A DNA stretch of 64,000 nt from Dipteris shenzhenensis (lineage: Eukaryota), in NCBI GenBank assembly GCA_047967505.1, contig CM106538.1. One strand, 5' to 3'. Under the pieces are notes generated by a model that did no database searches, had not been told where the DNA came from, and saw only the letters and a list, made by a program, of their open reading frames with translations. Below are positions 1 to 10,095 of this stretch, one piece after another (the first letter of the stretch is position 1; each line of letters starts with the position of its first letter). Position numbers and translations under genes: made by a program.

Positions 1-51
1 CTCACAGGTATCAAGGACATTATAGTAACAGATGTTGATGTAGAAAAGGTT

Positions 52-270
52 TCTTGTGTTGCAAGTGACTCAAATATACTCACTAGTATAGAAGACTTGT
101 CTTGTGTTGCAAGTGACTCGAACAGGCTCACTGGTATAGAAGACTTGTCATGTGTTGCAAGTGACTTGAACAGGCTCACTGGTATAGAAGATTTATCCTG
201 TGTTGCAAGTGACTCGAACAGGCTCACTGGTATAGAAGACTTGTCTTGTGCTGCAAGTGACTCAAACATG
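52..270 (+). repeat. 48-bp coding tandem repeat (about 4.5 copies; SCVASDSNRLTGIEDL)
   Basis: Units begin at 52, 100, 148, 196 and 244 (tcttgtgttgcaagtgactc...gaagacttg). They are in frame in ORF 97..723. Confidence 0.9.
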
Positions 271-653
271 CTTATTGATATAAAAGACAGAAGATGTGTT
301 GAGAATAATAAGATGGGACCACAAAGAAAAATACACGCAAAGATCAATGGGATAAGTGATGCAATAACAGGAATTGATGATATTAGTGACAATGATCATG
401 ATGTTACCACTCGAATACAAGGCAAAAGGGGCAGAGAATCTGAGAATATTTTTGCTAGCATGGTAGAGAATATAGATGGGAGAATCTTGAGTTATGAAGG
501 AGAAATAGTTCAACCACAAAATTCAAGAGGCATTGGCAACAAATTGACATCAATGAACATGTCGACCAGATTGCAATTTCCAAGATATTATAAGGTAACA
601 AATAATTCTCAAGCCTACACAGCATTTGATTATAAGATGAAGATTCAAGGGAA

Positions 654-1769
654 ATGGATTCGAGGTTTGATGGTCTTACAACTAGAAAACGCAAGACGCT
701 ATTTACAAAAAGAAAGTATGTGAGTGTGAAGAGGCAAAGAATCATGGCATCAATTCCAGAACCAAAGAGACATGTGATGCTATCCGAGGAGAATATGGAA
801 AGGATGCTTATGCGAGTTTGTTGCAAGAGACTTTGCATTAGAAAAGTTGGGAAAGATGATTGTGCAGCCATACGCCTTGGTATTTGGAGTAAGACAGTGC
901 CTAATAGACATAACTATCTTCTTCAAGAGTTTTCATGCTTTCTTCATCAAGGCACTAATCAAGATTTGAGCACAGGACACTGTAAACCTAGATTGAAACT
1001 CATGGTTAATGGGAGACCCATTTGCAATCGAGGATATCAATGGTTAACTGGAGTATCACATGGCACATATTGGACCATCTGGGCAGAGGTGAAAGAAAAA
1101 GTTATTCATACAATTCATGGAAATACCTACAAGCTTAAATGCCATGGAAGCACTATAAATGCAACCGCAACATTAAAGCAAGTTCTCGAAGACCATGCAT
1201 TACCGTAGCCTCATCTTCAACAAACAATGCTAGATGGATGTGTCGAATGCCAACAACATCTTCCTTTGGGAATGACAAAGAAGGTCGTCCTAGAGACTGT
1301 CGATAAAACTTTAGAAGACAGAGACGAGAGCATGATTTCACGATCAACCTTGTACAAAATTTGGCGTAGAGATTTTTGCCATGTCAAGACACCATCAAAG
1401 CAAAGGATGTCAAAATGTAAGACATGTGATGAATTAAAAAATGCCATTGAACATAGTAAATGTGAGCAGCAACGAGGAAGATATATTAAATGGCGATCAA
1501 TCCATTTACGTCATGTGCAGGATGCTCGAAAGTTGTATGCTTCTTGGAGAGAGGAAGCTATTTCACATGTCGATAAGTCCATGTGCATCACCATTGATGG
1601 CATGGACCAGAATACAACCACTTTGCCACGATATAGACGTATCCCACTGGCATTGGAGGGCAAACGTGGACTAAAAACACACTTGTGTGGAGTATTAGTA
1701 CATGGATACCGAATTTTTTGTGATGTATGGATTGATAATTTGCATGACCATGGGGAGGTAGCAAGCTAA
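654..1769 (+). pseudogene. DDE transposase relic, DUF7869/Sola1-like, 3'-truncated
   Basis: ORFs 654..1208 and 1227..1769 share a frame, with one TAG at 1206. Motifs: CCKRLC, NGRPIC..GYQWLTGVS, ISRSTLYKIWRRDF.HVK, SKCKTCD, CITIDGMDQ, LKTHLCGVLVHG. Family assignment is from memory of the motifs. Confidence 0.6.
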
Positions 1770-1849
1770 GGGTGTCCACTTCCGGACCACTTTCGGGTGA
1801 GTGTGACACCCGCTCGAGTGAAAATACAAAGGTTTTGCTTCGGTCTCCA

Positions 1850-2485
1850 ATACCTCGATCGAGGTATAAGCTCCAATGAAAATCACACACAAACACAACC
1901 GAGCCAAGCCAATACCTCGATCGAGGTACTGCACTTTTTCACCGGACCGAGCCTCCACCTCGATCGAGGCTTGCTGGCAAGCCAGCTATACATGCCACAT
2001 CTACCTCGTTCGAGGTATCGTGGCAATCCAGCTCAACCTCGATCGAGGTCAGGTGGCATGTCCAGCATACCTCGATCCAGGTATGTGCCATCCGACAGGG
2101 CAGCCAACAGGGCGGATGACATACCTCGATCGAGGTATGCTGGACACATGACTTGGCATCCCGCTTCTGCCAACATACCACGATCGAGGTATCGTGGCAT
2201 GTCAAAACCTCCATCGACGTGGATGTACCGAGATGTATCGGCATGTCACAATACCTCGATCGAGGTATTGCGGCATGGCAATACCTCGATCGAGGTAGAT
2301 GTACCGAGATGTATGGGCATCTCAAGAATACCTCGATCGAGGTATCGTGGCATGCCAATACCTCGATCGAGGTAGATGTGCCGAGATGTATGGGCATGTC
2401 AAGAATACCTCGGTCGAGGTAGCTAAACCCTAATTTTTCTTATAAAAAGAGAGTGACCCCCCTCATTCCGCATACCTCGATCGAG
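1850..2485. repeat. Array of about 15 copies of the 18-bp palindrome ATACCTCGATCGAGGTAT with variable spacers, probably transposon subterminal repeats
   Basis: Full or near-full copies at about 1850, 1912, 1958, 2002, 2036, 2067, 2121, 2175, 2207, 2251, 2281, 2328, 2358, 2405 and 2472. Confidence 0.9.
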
Positions 2486-2606
2486 CTCTGCCTCATCCAC
2501 CGATTTCGGATTTGCCGGACTTCGACGGAATTGCGCGAGCGACGGAGAGCCACGAACGGACATCGACGGAGATGGACGGGCAGGAGCGGGAGAGTCCAGG
2601 TAGGGT
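2424..2606 (+). promoter_or_regulatory. Putative promoter and first exon: telo-box, TATA, GC-rich leader, splice donor
   Basis: taaaccctaa at about 2424, tataaaa at 2441, CpG-rich 2480-2600, then cag|gtaggg leading into AT-rich DNA. Confidence 0.4.
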
Positions 2607-3945
2607 TTTTTTTTATGTAGCATTTTCTTTTTGGTAGAATTTGATTAAATTTTAGTTTATAAGAAAAATTATAAAATGCATTTTAATGTTTTTCTGAAAT
2701 TTATGAATTACGAGATTTTTTATTTAAAATGTGAAAATTAATTTTTTTTTTAATAGAGCTTTTTTTAGTAAATAAAAAAACGTTCATATTAATAATTATA
2801 AAATATTTATAAATTTGAAATGTATTTGTAAATTTTTTTTTTAATTTTTAAATTACGACATTTATAATTTTAAATGTGAAAATTTTAAATTTAAAAAACG
2901 TAATTTAAAATTTTAGTTTATAAGAAAAATTATAAAATGCATTTTAATGTTTTTCTGAAATTTATGAATTACGAGATTTTTTATTTAAAATGTGAAAATC
3001 AAAAATTTTTTTTTAAATAGAGCTTTTTTTAGTAAATAAAAAAACGTTCATATTAATAATTATAAAATATTTATAAATTTGAAATGCATTTGTGAATTTT
3101 TTTTTTAATTTTTAAATTACGACATTTATAATTTAAAATGTGAAAATTTTAAATTTAAAAAACGTTTAATGAGGCATTTTTTATTCAAAATGTGAAAATG
3201 TTAAATATTTTTGTTTTTTTTATGTAGCATTTTCTTTTTGGTAGAATTTAATTAAATTTTAGGTTAAAAGAGAAATAATAAAAAATTTCTAAATTTTAAA
3301 TGCAATATAATGTTTTTTTGAAATTTATGAATTACGACATTTTTTATTTAAAATGTGAAAATGAAATTTTTTTTTCAAAATAGAGCTTTTTTAGTAAATA
3401 AAAAAACGTTCATATTAATAATTATACAATATTTATAAATTTGAAATGCATTTGTAAATTTTTTTTTAATTTTTGAATTACGACTTTTATAATTTAAAAT
3501 GTGAAAATTTTAAATTTAAAAAACGTTTAATGAGGCATTTTTTATTCAAAATGTGAAAATGTTCTATATTTCTGTTTTTTTTATGTAGCATTTTCTTTTT
3601 GGTAGAATTTAATTAAATTTCTAGTTTATAAGAAAAATTATAAAAAATTTCTAAATTTATAATGCATTTTAATGTTTTTTTGAAATTTATAAATTACGAC
3701 ATTTTTTATTTAAAATGTGAAAATGATTTTTTTTTTTTAAATAGAGCTATTTTTATTAAATAAAAAAACGTTTATAGGAATAATTATAAAGTATTTATAA
3801 ATTTGAAATGCATTTGTAAATTTATTTATTTTTTTGAATTACGACATTTATAATTTAAAATGTGAAAATTTTTAATTTAAAAAACGTTTAATGAGGCATT
3901 TTTTATTCAAAATGTAAAAATGTAAAAATTAGGTTTTTAAAAATC
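2606..3945. repeat. Very AT-rich degenerate tandem repeat (units about 260-360 bp)
   Basis: ttatgtagcattttctttttggtagaattt recurs at about 2612, 3220 and 3581. aatagagctttttttagtaaataaaaaaacgtt recurs four times. Confidence 0.85.
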
Positions 3946-5708
3946 ATCTTTAGGAATGGCCACTAGTTGAGGTGGATTGCCCAACGAAAATAGGAAATGA
4001 AGATACAAGACATTTTGTATAAGATTCGCTCAACTTATCAAATTAATACACAAACATAAACCTACTAGTCAACTATTGGAGTTGGACATTAAAGATTGAC
4101 TAGTGACATGGTTGGTGACCAAAGCTTGAAGTTGACTAGACACTTTGGGACAAGCAAGTTCTTTAGAAGGAAACTAGGTTTAAGCTTGGGTAATCATCCC
4201 TAATATATTGGGAAATTACTAATGATAAATCATCCTTTAACTATTTGGCAATTAGTAAGGATCGATTCTACTAGGAAATATGTTGAAGGCATATGTCCCC
4301 TATTAGTCAATAGATTGATTAGACTAAGCATGCATGATAAGGCTATAGCTTGGAAATGCCTAGATAGTGGCTTAGTCCAAATCTTCAATATCCCTTAAGA
4401 AGACATGAAATAGTGGCTTAGACCTTAAGAAGACATGGAATAGTTTGCAAATGTCTAATTCTTCTAAGTTATGCATAGACTCTAGCATAACTAAAAAAAG
4501 AATATTACAAGATTGAGAATATTTGGATGGGTCTTCAAGAACTTGAATATTACGGTCTGTGCCTATAAACTGTTTGAGATTCTTATGCTATCACTATGGC
4601 ATGCTTTAGATCTAGCACTTTGATCATGTTTGTTGTCTAGTTCCATAATTCATCTACTTCTCTTATATGTATAAGAAGAAAGAAATACGCCATAGAGAAA
4701 CTGAAAGTTTAACTAGAATACCTAACATTCATTGCACATGGGACTCTAGTGGATCTATATTCATTCCACATTCATGCTAATATATGCAAGTGTTTTGATC
4801 AACTATAGACCTAAGTTCAAATAGAGCCTGTTAATGACTGAATCTCTCCTAATCATCCCTTAATGATCATAGATAATAGTATGGGCCACTATAAGGATTG
4901 GTTAGGAGCTATTTTTGAAATGCCAAACTTTGAAATGAAGTCAATATTCATTGTGTTGAGGAATATTTGTCGGGTGGATCTAGTTGAAGAGAGAAATCCA
5001 TGTTGCATAACATTTGTCTGAGTTGAGCAGCCTCAAATCGACTTAAGAGAGAGAGAACTCCATAACCTTCAAGAGTCGACATTTGAAGCATCCCATTCCA
5101 TGTTGTTTGCTACATGGCAGCTTGCCATGTGGCACACATACATCCCTTTTTGCACTATAGGGAAACCTATGACTAATGTTAACAACATTTATCTTGTCTT
5201 TTACAAATGACTAAGATGTTTTCCCAAAAAGACTTTGTAACAATAATCACGTGAACCACCTCATAACCAAAATAGTATGGATGCTATATATCTCCTTTCC
5301 CTCGTTGAAACTATGTCACACATGGAATGTCAACCACATGCTCAAGGAATTATATGCTAGTTTCATTGTAAGCAAGGGTGGTCTCTTTCTTGCTAGTCCA
5401 ACCATAGGCAACGGTGATGCTTATTACTTGAGCTCAACCAAAATTAACATTAGTTATCGTATGCAACCCTTCCCATTGCATAGGGACATCCAAGGATTTA
5501 ATTTTCAAAGTTTTTGAATCCTCTTCTAGGGATCTTGTGCCCTTTGTTGTTGCTACGTATGTGGATGATCTCATTCCAAAACTATTTTTACAACTAGAAG
5601 TCGAGTGAGTCTTATACAAAATGTCTTGAACCAAGTGATGATCTATAGGAATGGCCACTAGTTGAGGTGGATTGCCCAACCAAAATAGATAATATTGAGT
5701 CCCCAACA

Positions 5709-5923
5709 GGGTTTAGGATTTAGGGTCCAGGGTTTAGGGTTTAGGGTTTAGGGTTTAGCCGTGCTAGTAGGGATTGCTTCTACGTGGCGCAAACAAAATC
5801 AGTTGGAGACCAAATCTTGCGTGGATGTATGTCTAGGGTAGCCTAAGAGGCATGTGAAGTTTCATGCCCAACAGTGTTTAGGATTTAGGGTCCAGGGTTT
5901 AGGGTTTAGGGTTTAGGGTTTAG
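5709..5923 (+). repeat. Two short interstitial plant telomeric (TTTAGGG)n tracts
   Basis: gtttaggatttagggtccagggtttagggtttagggtttagggtttag at about 5711-5758 and 5876-5923. Confidence 0.9.
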
Positions 5924-7230
5924 TCGTGCTAGTAGAAATTGTAAAAATATATGCATTTGTCCTTCCACGTGACGCATACCAAATCAGTTGGAGACCAAAT
6001 CTTGCATGGATGTACGTCTAGGGTAGCCTAAGAGGTGTGTGAAGTTTCGTCCCCAACAGATAAGTCCACGTGCGTATTTCATTAGTACGTGCGCCATTTT
6101 TCATACATAGTCACGAGAGCTAGTAGGGATTGTAAAAATGTACGCAACTGTCCTTCCATGTGGCGCATACCAAATCAGTTGGGCACCAAATCTTGCGTGG
6201 ATGTACGTCTACGGTAGCCTAAGAGTCGTGCGAAGTTTCATTCCCAACAGATAAGTCCACATGCGTATTTCGTTAGTACATGCGCCATAGCTCATACGTA
6301 GTCGTGCTAGTAGGGATTGTAAAAATGTACGCATTGTACCTTCCACATGGCGCATACCAAATCAATTCAGACCAAATCTTGCGTGGATGTACGTCTACGG
6401 TAGCCTAAGAGCCGTGCAAAGTTTAATCTCCAACAGATAAGTCCACATGCATATTTGGTTAGTACGTGCGCCATTTCTCACACGTAGTCGTGCTAGTAGG
6501 GATTGTAAAAATATACACATTATACCTTCCACATGGTGCATACCAAATAAGTTGGAGACCAAATCTTGCGTGGATGTATGTCTAGGGTGGCCTAAGAGTC
6601 GTGCGAAGTTTCATTCCCAACAGATAAATCCACATGCGTATTTCATTAGTACATGCGCCATAGCTCATACGTAGTCGTGCTAGTAGGGATTGTAAAAATG
6701 TACACAGCTGTCCTTCCATGTGGCGCATACCAAATCAGTTGGGCACCAAATCTTGCGTGGATGTACTTCTATGGTAGCCTAAGAGCCGTGCAAAGTTTAA
6801 TCTCCAACAGATAAGTCCACATGCATATTTGGTTAGTATGTGCGCCATTTCTCACACGTAGTCATGCTAGTAGGGATTGTAAAAATGTACACATTATACC
6901 TTCCACGTGGCGCATACCAAATAAGTTGGAGACCAAATCTTACGTGGATGTATGTATAGGGTGGCCTAAGAGTCGTGCGAAGTTTCATTCCCAACAGATA
7001 AGTCCACACGCGCATTTCGTTAGTACATGCGCCATAGCTCATACGTAGTCACGAGTGCTAGTAGGGATTGTAAAAATGTACGCATTGTACCTTCCACGTG
7101 GCGCACACCAAATCAATTCAGACCAAATCTCGCATGGATGTATGTCTAGGGTGGCCTAAGAGTCGTGCGAAGTTTCATCCCCAACAAGCAAGTCCACACG
7201 CGTATTTCGTTAGTACGTGCGCGAATTTTC
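5760..7230. repeat. Tandem satellite, monomer about 187 bp, about 8 units
   Basis: The anchor gctagtag occurs at 5763, 5928, 6119, 6306, 6492, 6679, 6866 and 7057. Confidence 0.92.
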
Positions 7231-7555
7231 TTAGTCACGTTTTTAAAATGTCCTAATGCAAAAACAAATTACAACATTACTACTAATAAACAATTTTTTG
7301 TATTACAAACACAACAAATCCCATTGAGAAGACATCGGACATCATGTTAAAAATAGAATCTAATACAATGATGTATATGAACGTGTATACAGCCATCATA
7401 GTGAAATACAAAATATGAGTCCATGAAAATTACAATGGTACGGTCACACAGTGAGCCTATACATATCGAATACAAAAAAGTGTAATCAACTAGTGATACC
7501 CAATAAAAATCAATCTGATCAACTGATGATCCCAAAAAATATGATATGTAATGTG

Positions 7556-8190
7556 CTACTCCTCAGGATCAGCTCTCATGCCAATAGTTGCAAGTATGCT
7601 CTCGTGATCCACCACTGCAAGGCGCCATCGTGGAGTGTACGTCGCCTTGCGAGTGCGAACACGACTCAAAGTAATCTTGATCCCAACAACAAGATGAGAA
7701 TACATGTATGCCTCCTGATCCGCCATGTACTCCTGGAACTCAATATAGCGACCACGCCTCTGTATCTGCTGAAAATAGTGGCCACCTACGATCATGCTAT
7801 GAGCATTGAAGTGCATCCCATGCCCATCCACTGTATCCTCATTCAGCACACTCTTCAGCATAGAGCATCGCAACAAGTAATAATCCACACCCTCCTCATT
7901 GCCCTCTGAAGCAATAACCGCGAAGATATCACCAATACGCAAGATATCTGTAAGCTGGTCATAATCTCTAGAGGAATTGAATCCCGCATCCTGATCATCA
8001 TGTATCTCCTCCCAAGGCTGGAAGGGAGAAAGCACTCTCCGTACCCATGGATCGGCCCATGGTATCATGGAGCACCCTCCCCAATCATCATCAATGCATG
8101 CAGAGCAAAAACATGCAAACCGAATAGTCTTCTTGCCTTGAGCCGATGGGGAAATCCGAAGGCGACCACTTACTCCTGCAGGATCTTTTA
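7556..8190 (-). pseudogene. C-terminal fragment of a probable DNA-transposon protein
   Basis: The 170-aa ORF (GDIFAV..EGNEEGVDYYLLRC...IVGGHYFQ...AYMYSHLV) resembles C-termini of transposase-associated proteins. It is cut at about 8191 by the edge of the duplicated block. Confidence 0.45.
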
Positions 8191-8254
8191 GTCTCGAAAA
8201 CTTTGCTACAAAGAACCTCGCATCTCTTTACTCAACCATCACCCTGATGAGCCC

Positions 8255-8672
8255 CCTCAGGGGCTCATCACATGCAGAAAGATTGCACTGAGGATCAATG
8301 CACACGATCCTTGTAGTGCCACACTGGTGGTGGTCTTTCAAGGCTGGCACACATTTTGAGACGAGCTTGATGCGCCAGTAGTGCTCATATTTGTACCTCA
8401 ATTTTTGAGGGTGCCATTTCTAGCCATTCTTTCTACAGCCAATAGAATGCTGCCCATTGGCACTCTCAGGGGCTCATCACATGCAGAAAGATTGCACTGA
8501 GGATCAATGCACACGATCCTTGTAGTGCCACACTGGTGGTGGTCTTTCAAGGCTGGTGCACATTTTGAGATGAGCTTGATGCGCCACTAGTGCTCATATT
8601 TGCACCTCAATTTTTGAGGGTGCCATTTCTAGCCATTCTTTCTACAGCCAATAGAATGCTGCCCATTGGCAC
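8255..8672. repeat. Local direct duplication of about 209 bp, copy A only
   Basis: ctcaggggctcatcacatgcagaaagattgcactg... occurs at about 8256 and 8465. Copy B has a single copy (about 22422). Confidence 0.9.
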
Positions 8673-9690
8673 TGGCGTTGAGCTGCAATGCTTTCAGTCC
8701 TCTCTAGTTGGTACATAAGTAGATGGGCAAGCCAATCGAAATTGCCCAGCTTTGAAAGGCAGAGCTCTAGGCAAGTACTCAAAGCTCACGCAGATCTGTA
8801 ATAAATGCTGAGACTACTTGAGCGATTTTAAACGTGTGAACTAAACTATGTGATGGCACTGGTTGCACATTTGCCTCTTGTCTGCACTAGTTGCCTCTTG
8901 AGTGCACTAGCTATCAGAGCACAGGATGGAGCACGGATCTCAACGCCCTTAGTGGACGGAGCTCTGTCAGTGGTACCATTAGGAGATTAAGATTGCCATA
9001 TGGCATAATGTGGAATTAAGAGTGGAGGGAAACTCGCACGTGGAAATATGAAGTTTAAGTTTGAGCACAAGGGATTGTTAGATTTCGCTTCTTAGTGGGG
9101 GATTCGCATGTGGGGAAAAACATTGGGAAAGACTAAATGTGTGGGAGTAAAGAAAACTCGTGTGCATATGGGAAACATGCTAAAAAATTCGTGTTATGTG
9201 GCTTTGAACGTTGAACGCTATTTCACTGACTTTGGAATCAACGAAGAACAGCCACGGGCATACGATTCAACCTTCAAATCCGGCTGCAGTAAAGCGACGT
9301 AGAACAAGCAATAGCAGTCTATCAAAGGAGTATAACGCCGTTATTTTGGAAGTCGAATACTTGCCCAGCCTTGCAAGCGTTTGACCGGAAATCCCAGAAG
9401 GCCGCTGCGGAGCTCATCCGTGACCAATCTGCTGTTGATGAGAGTGCTATAGATGACCTCTTTACCATAATGCGAACAATTCTCTTCCTTCGGGCGCTGC
9501 TTGCTGCCTCCTTCTTCATACATCCTTTTAGCCAGCTGCTGTTGGAATTATCTCTGCCTGCTGTACTCAAATCTTTACTCAGATCGTAGGTACTGCGGTC
9601 TGTAAACGTTGTCTCGGTGGAAAAGCATTTGGAAGTGAGGGCGCGTCACAGTGGTCAGTGGTGCAAGAGCTACTCTAGCATTGTAAGTTG

Positions 9691-10095
9691 ATGGCTTCAA
9701 GCAGCAAGCCCTTGTGGCTTATTGTAATCATCATTATGCTAGCACTCCCTGTTGATTCTCGCAGAATACAACAGCATCCTCACCATCGTGATCGAAGCCG
9801 CCGGAGAGAGCAGGGACAACTGCACCAAAGCCTACCCACCTCGCCTGTTAGACTGAAGTCCAGCAGAGGATTGCATGCCCAAGCAAACGCCGATGAGGAA
9901 ACAAGGCTGCTAGAAGTCACAAATCAGAGGGTGCCGGCGGGCCGGGCAGAAGACGTCGTTAACTCTAAAGTCCTTAGAACAGTTGTTGACGAAGGGCAGC
10001 TCCTCTTCCAAGCACTAGTTGCTCATTTTCAATTCAGGAAACTCGTGCCAGTCTCAGGGCCGAGCCCAATAGGAAATTCTGCACCAGCGCCGTGA
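9691..10095 (+). CDS. Secreted small-peptide precursor, CLE-like (SGP-rich), copy A
   Basis: ATG at 9691, hydrophobic signal peptide (LWLIVIIIMLALPVDS), variable middle, and C-terminal RKLVPVSGPSPIGN resembling CLE RxVPSGPNPIxN. Single exon in CpG-retaining context. Confidence 0.75.
   Translation: MASSSKPLWLIVIIIMLALPVDSRRIQQHPHHRDRSRRREQGQLHQSLPTSPVRLKSSRGLHAQANADEETRLLEVTNQRVPAGRAEDVVNSKVLRTVVDEGQLLFQALVAHFQFRKLVPVSGPSPIGNSAPAP

Noticed and set aside
1797-2422. ORFs with IPRSRY / TSIEV / YLDRG repeats
   Set aside because: These are translations of the palindrome in several frames on both strands, not proteins.
1850-2485. CRISPR array
   Set aside because: The spacers are related to each other and irregular in length, the repeat is only 18 bp, no cas genes are present, and the context is eukaryotic.
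5709-5923. True chromosome end
   Set aside because: The tracts are about 50 bp, degenerate and internal to a satellite.
6447-7350. Repeated 61-75 aa ORFs
   Set aside because: Chance frames in satellite monomers.
9322-9589. Short ORFs upstream of the peptide gene, conserved in both copies
   Set aside because: Conservation is explained by the recent duplication. They have non-ATG starts or no recognisable motif.
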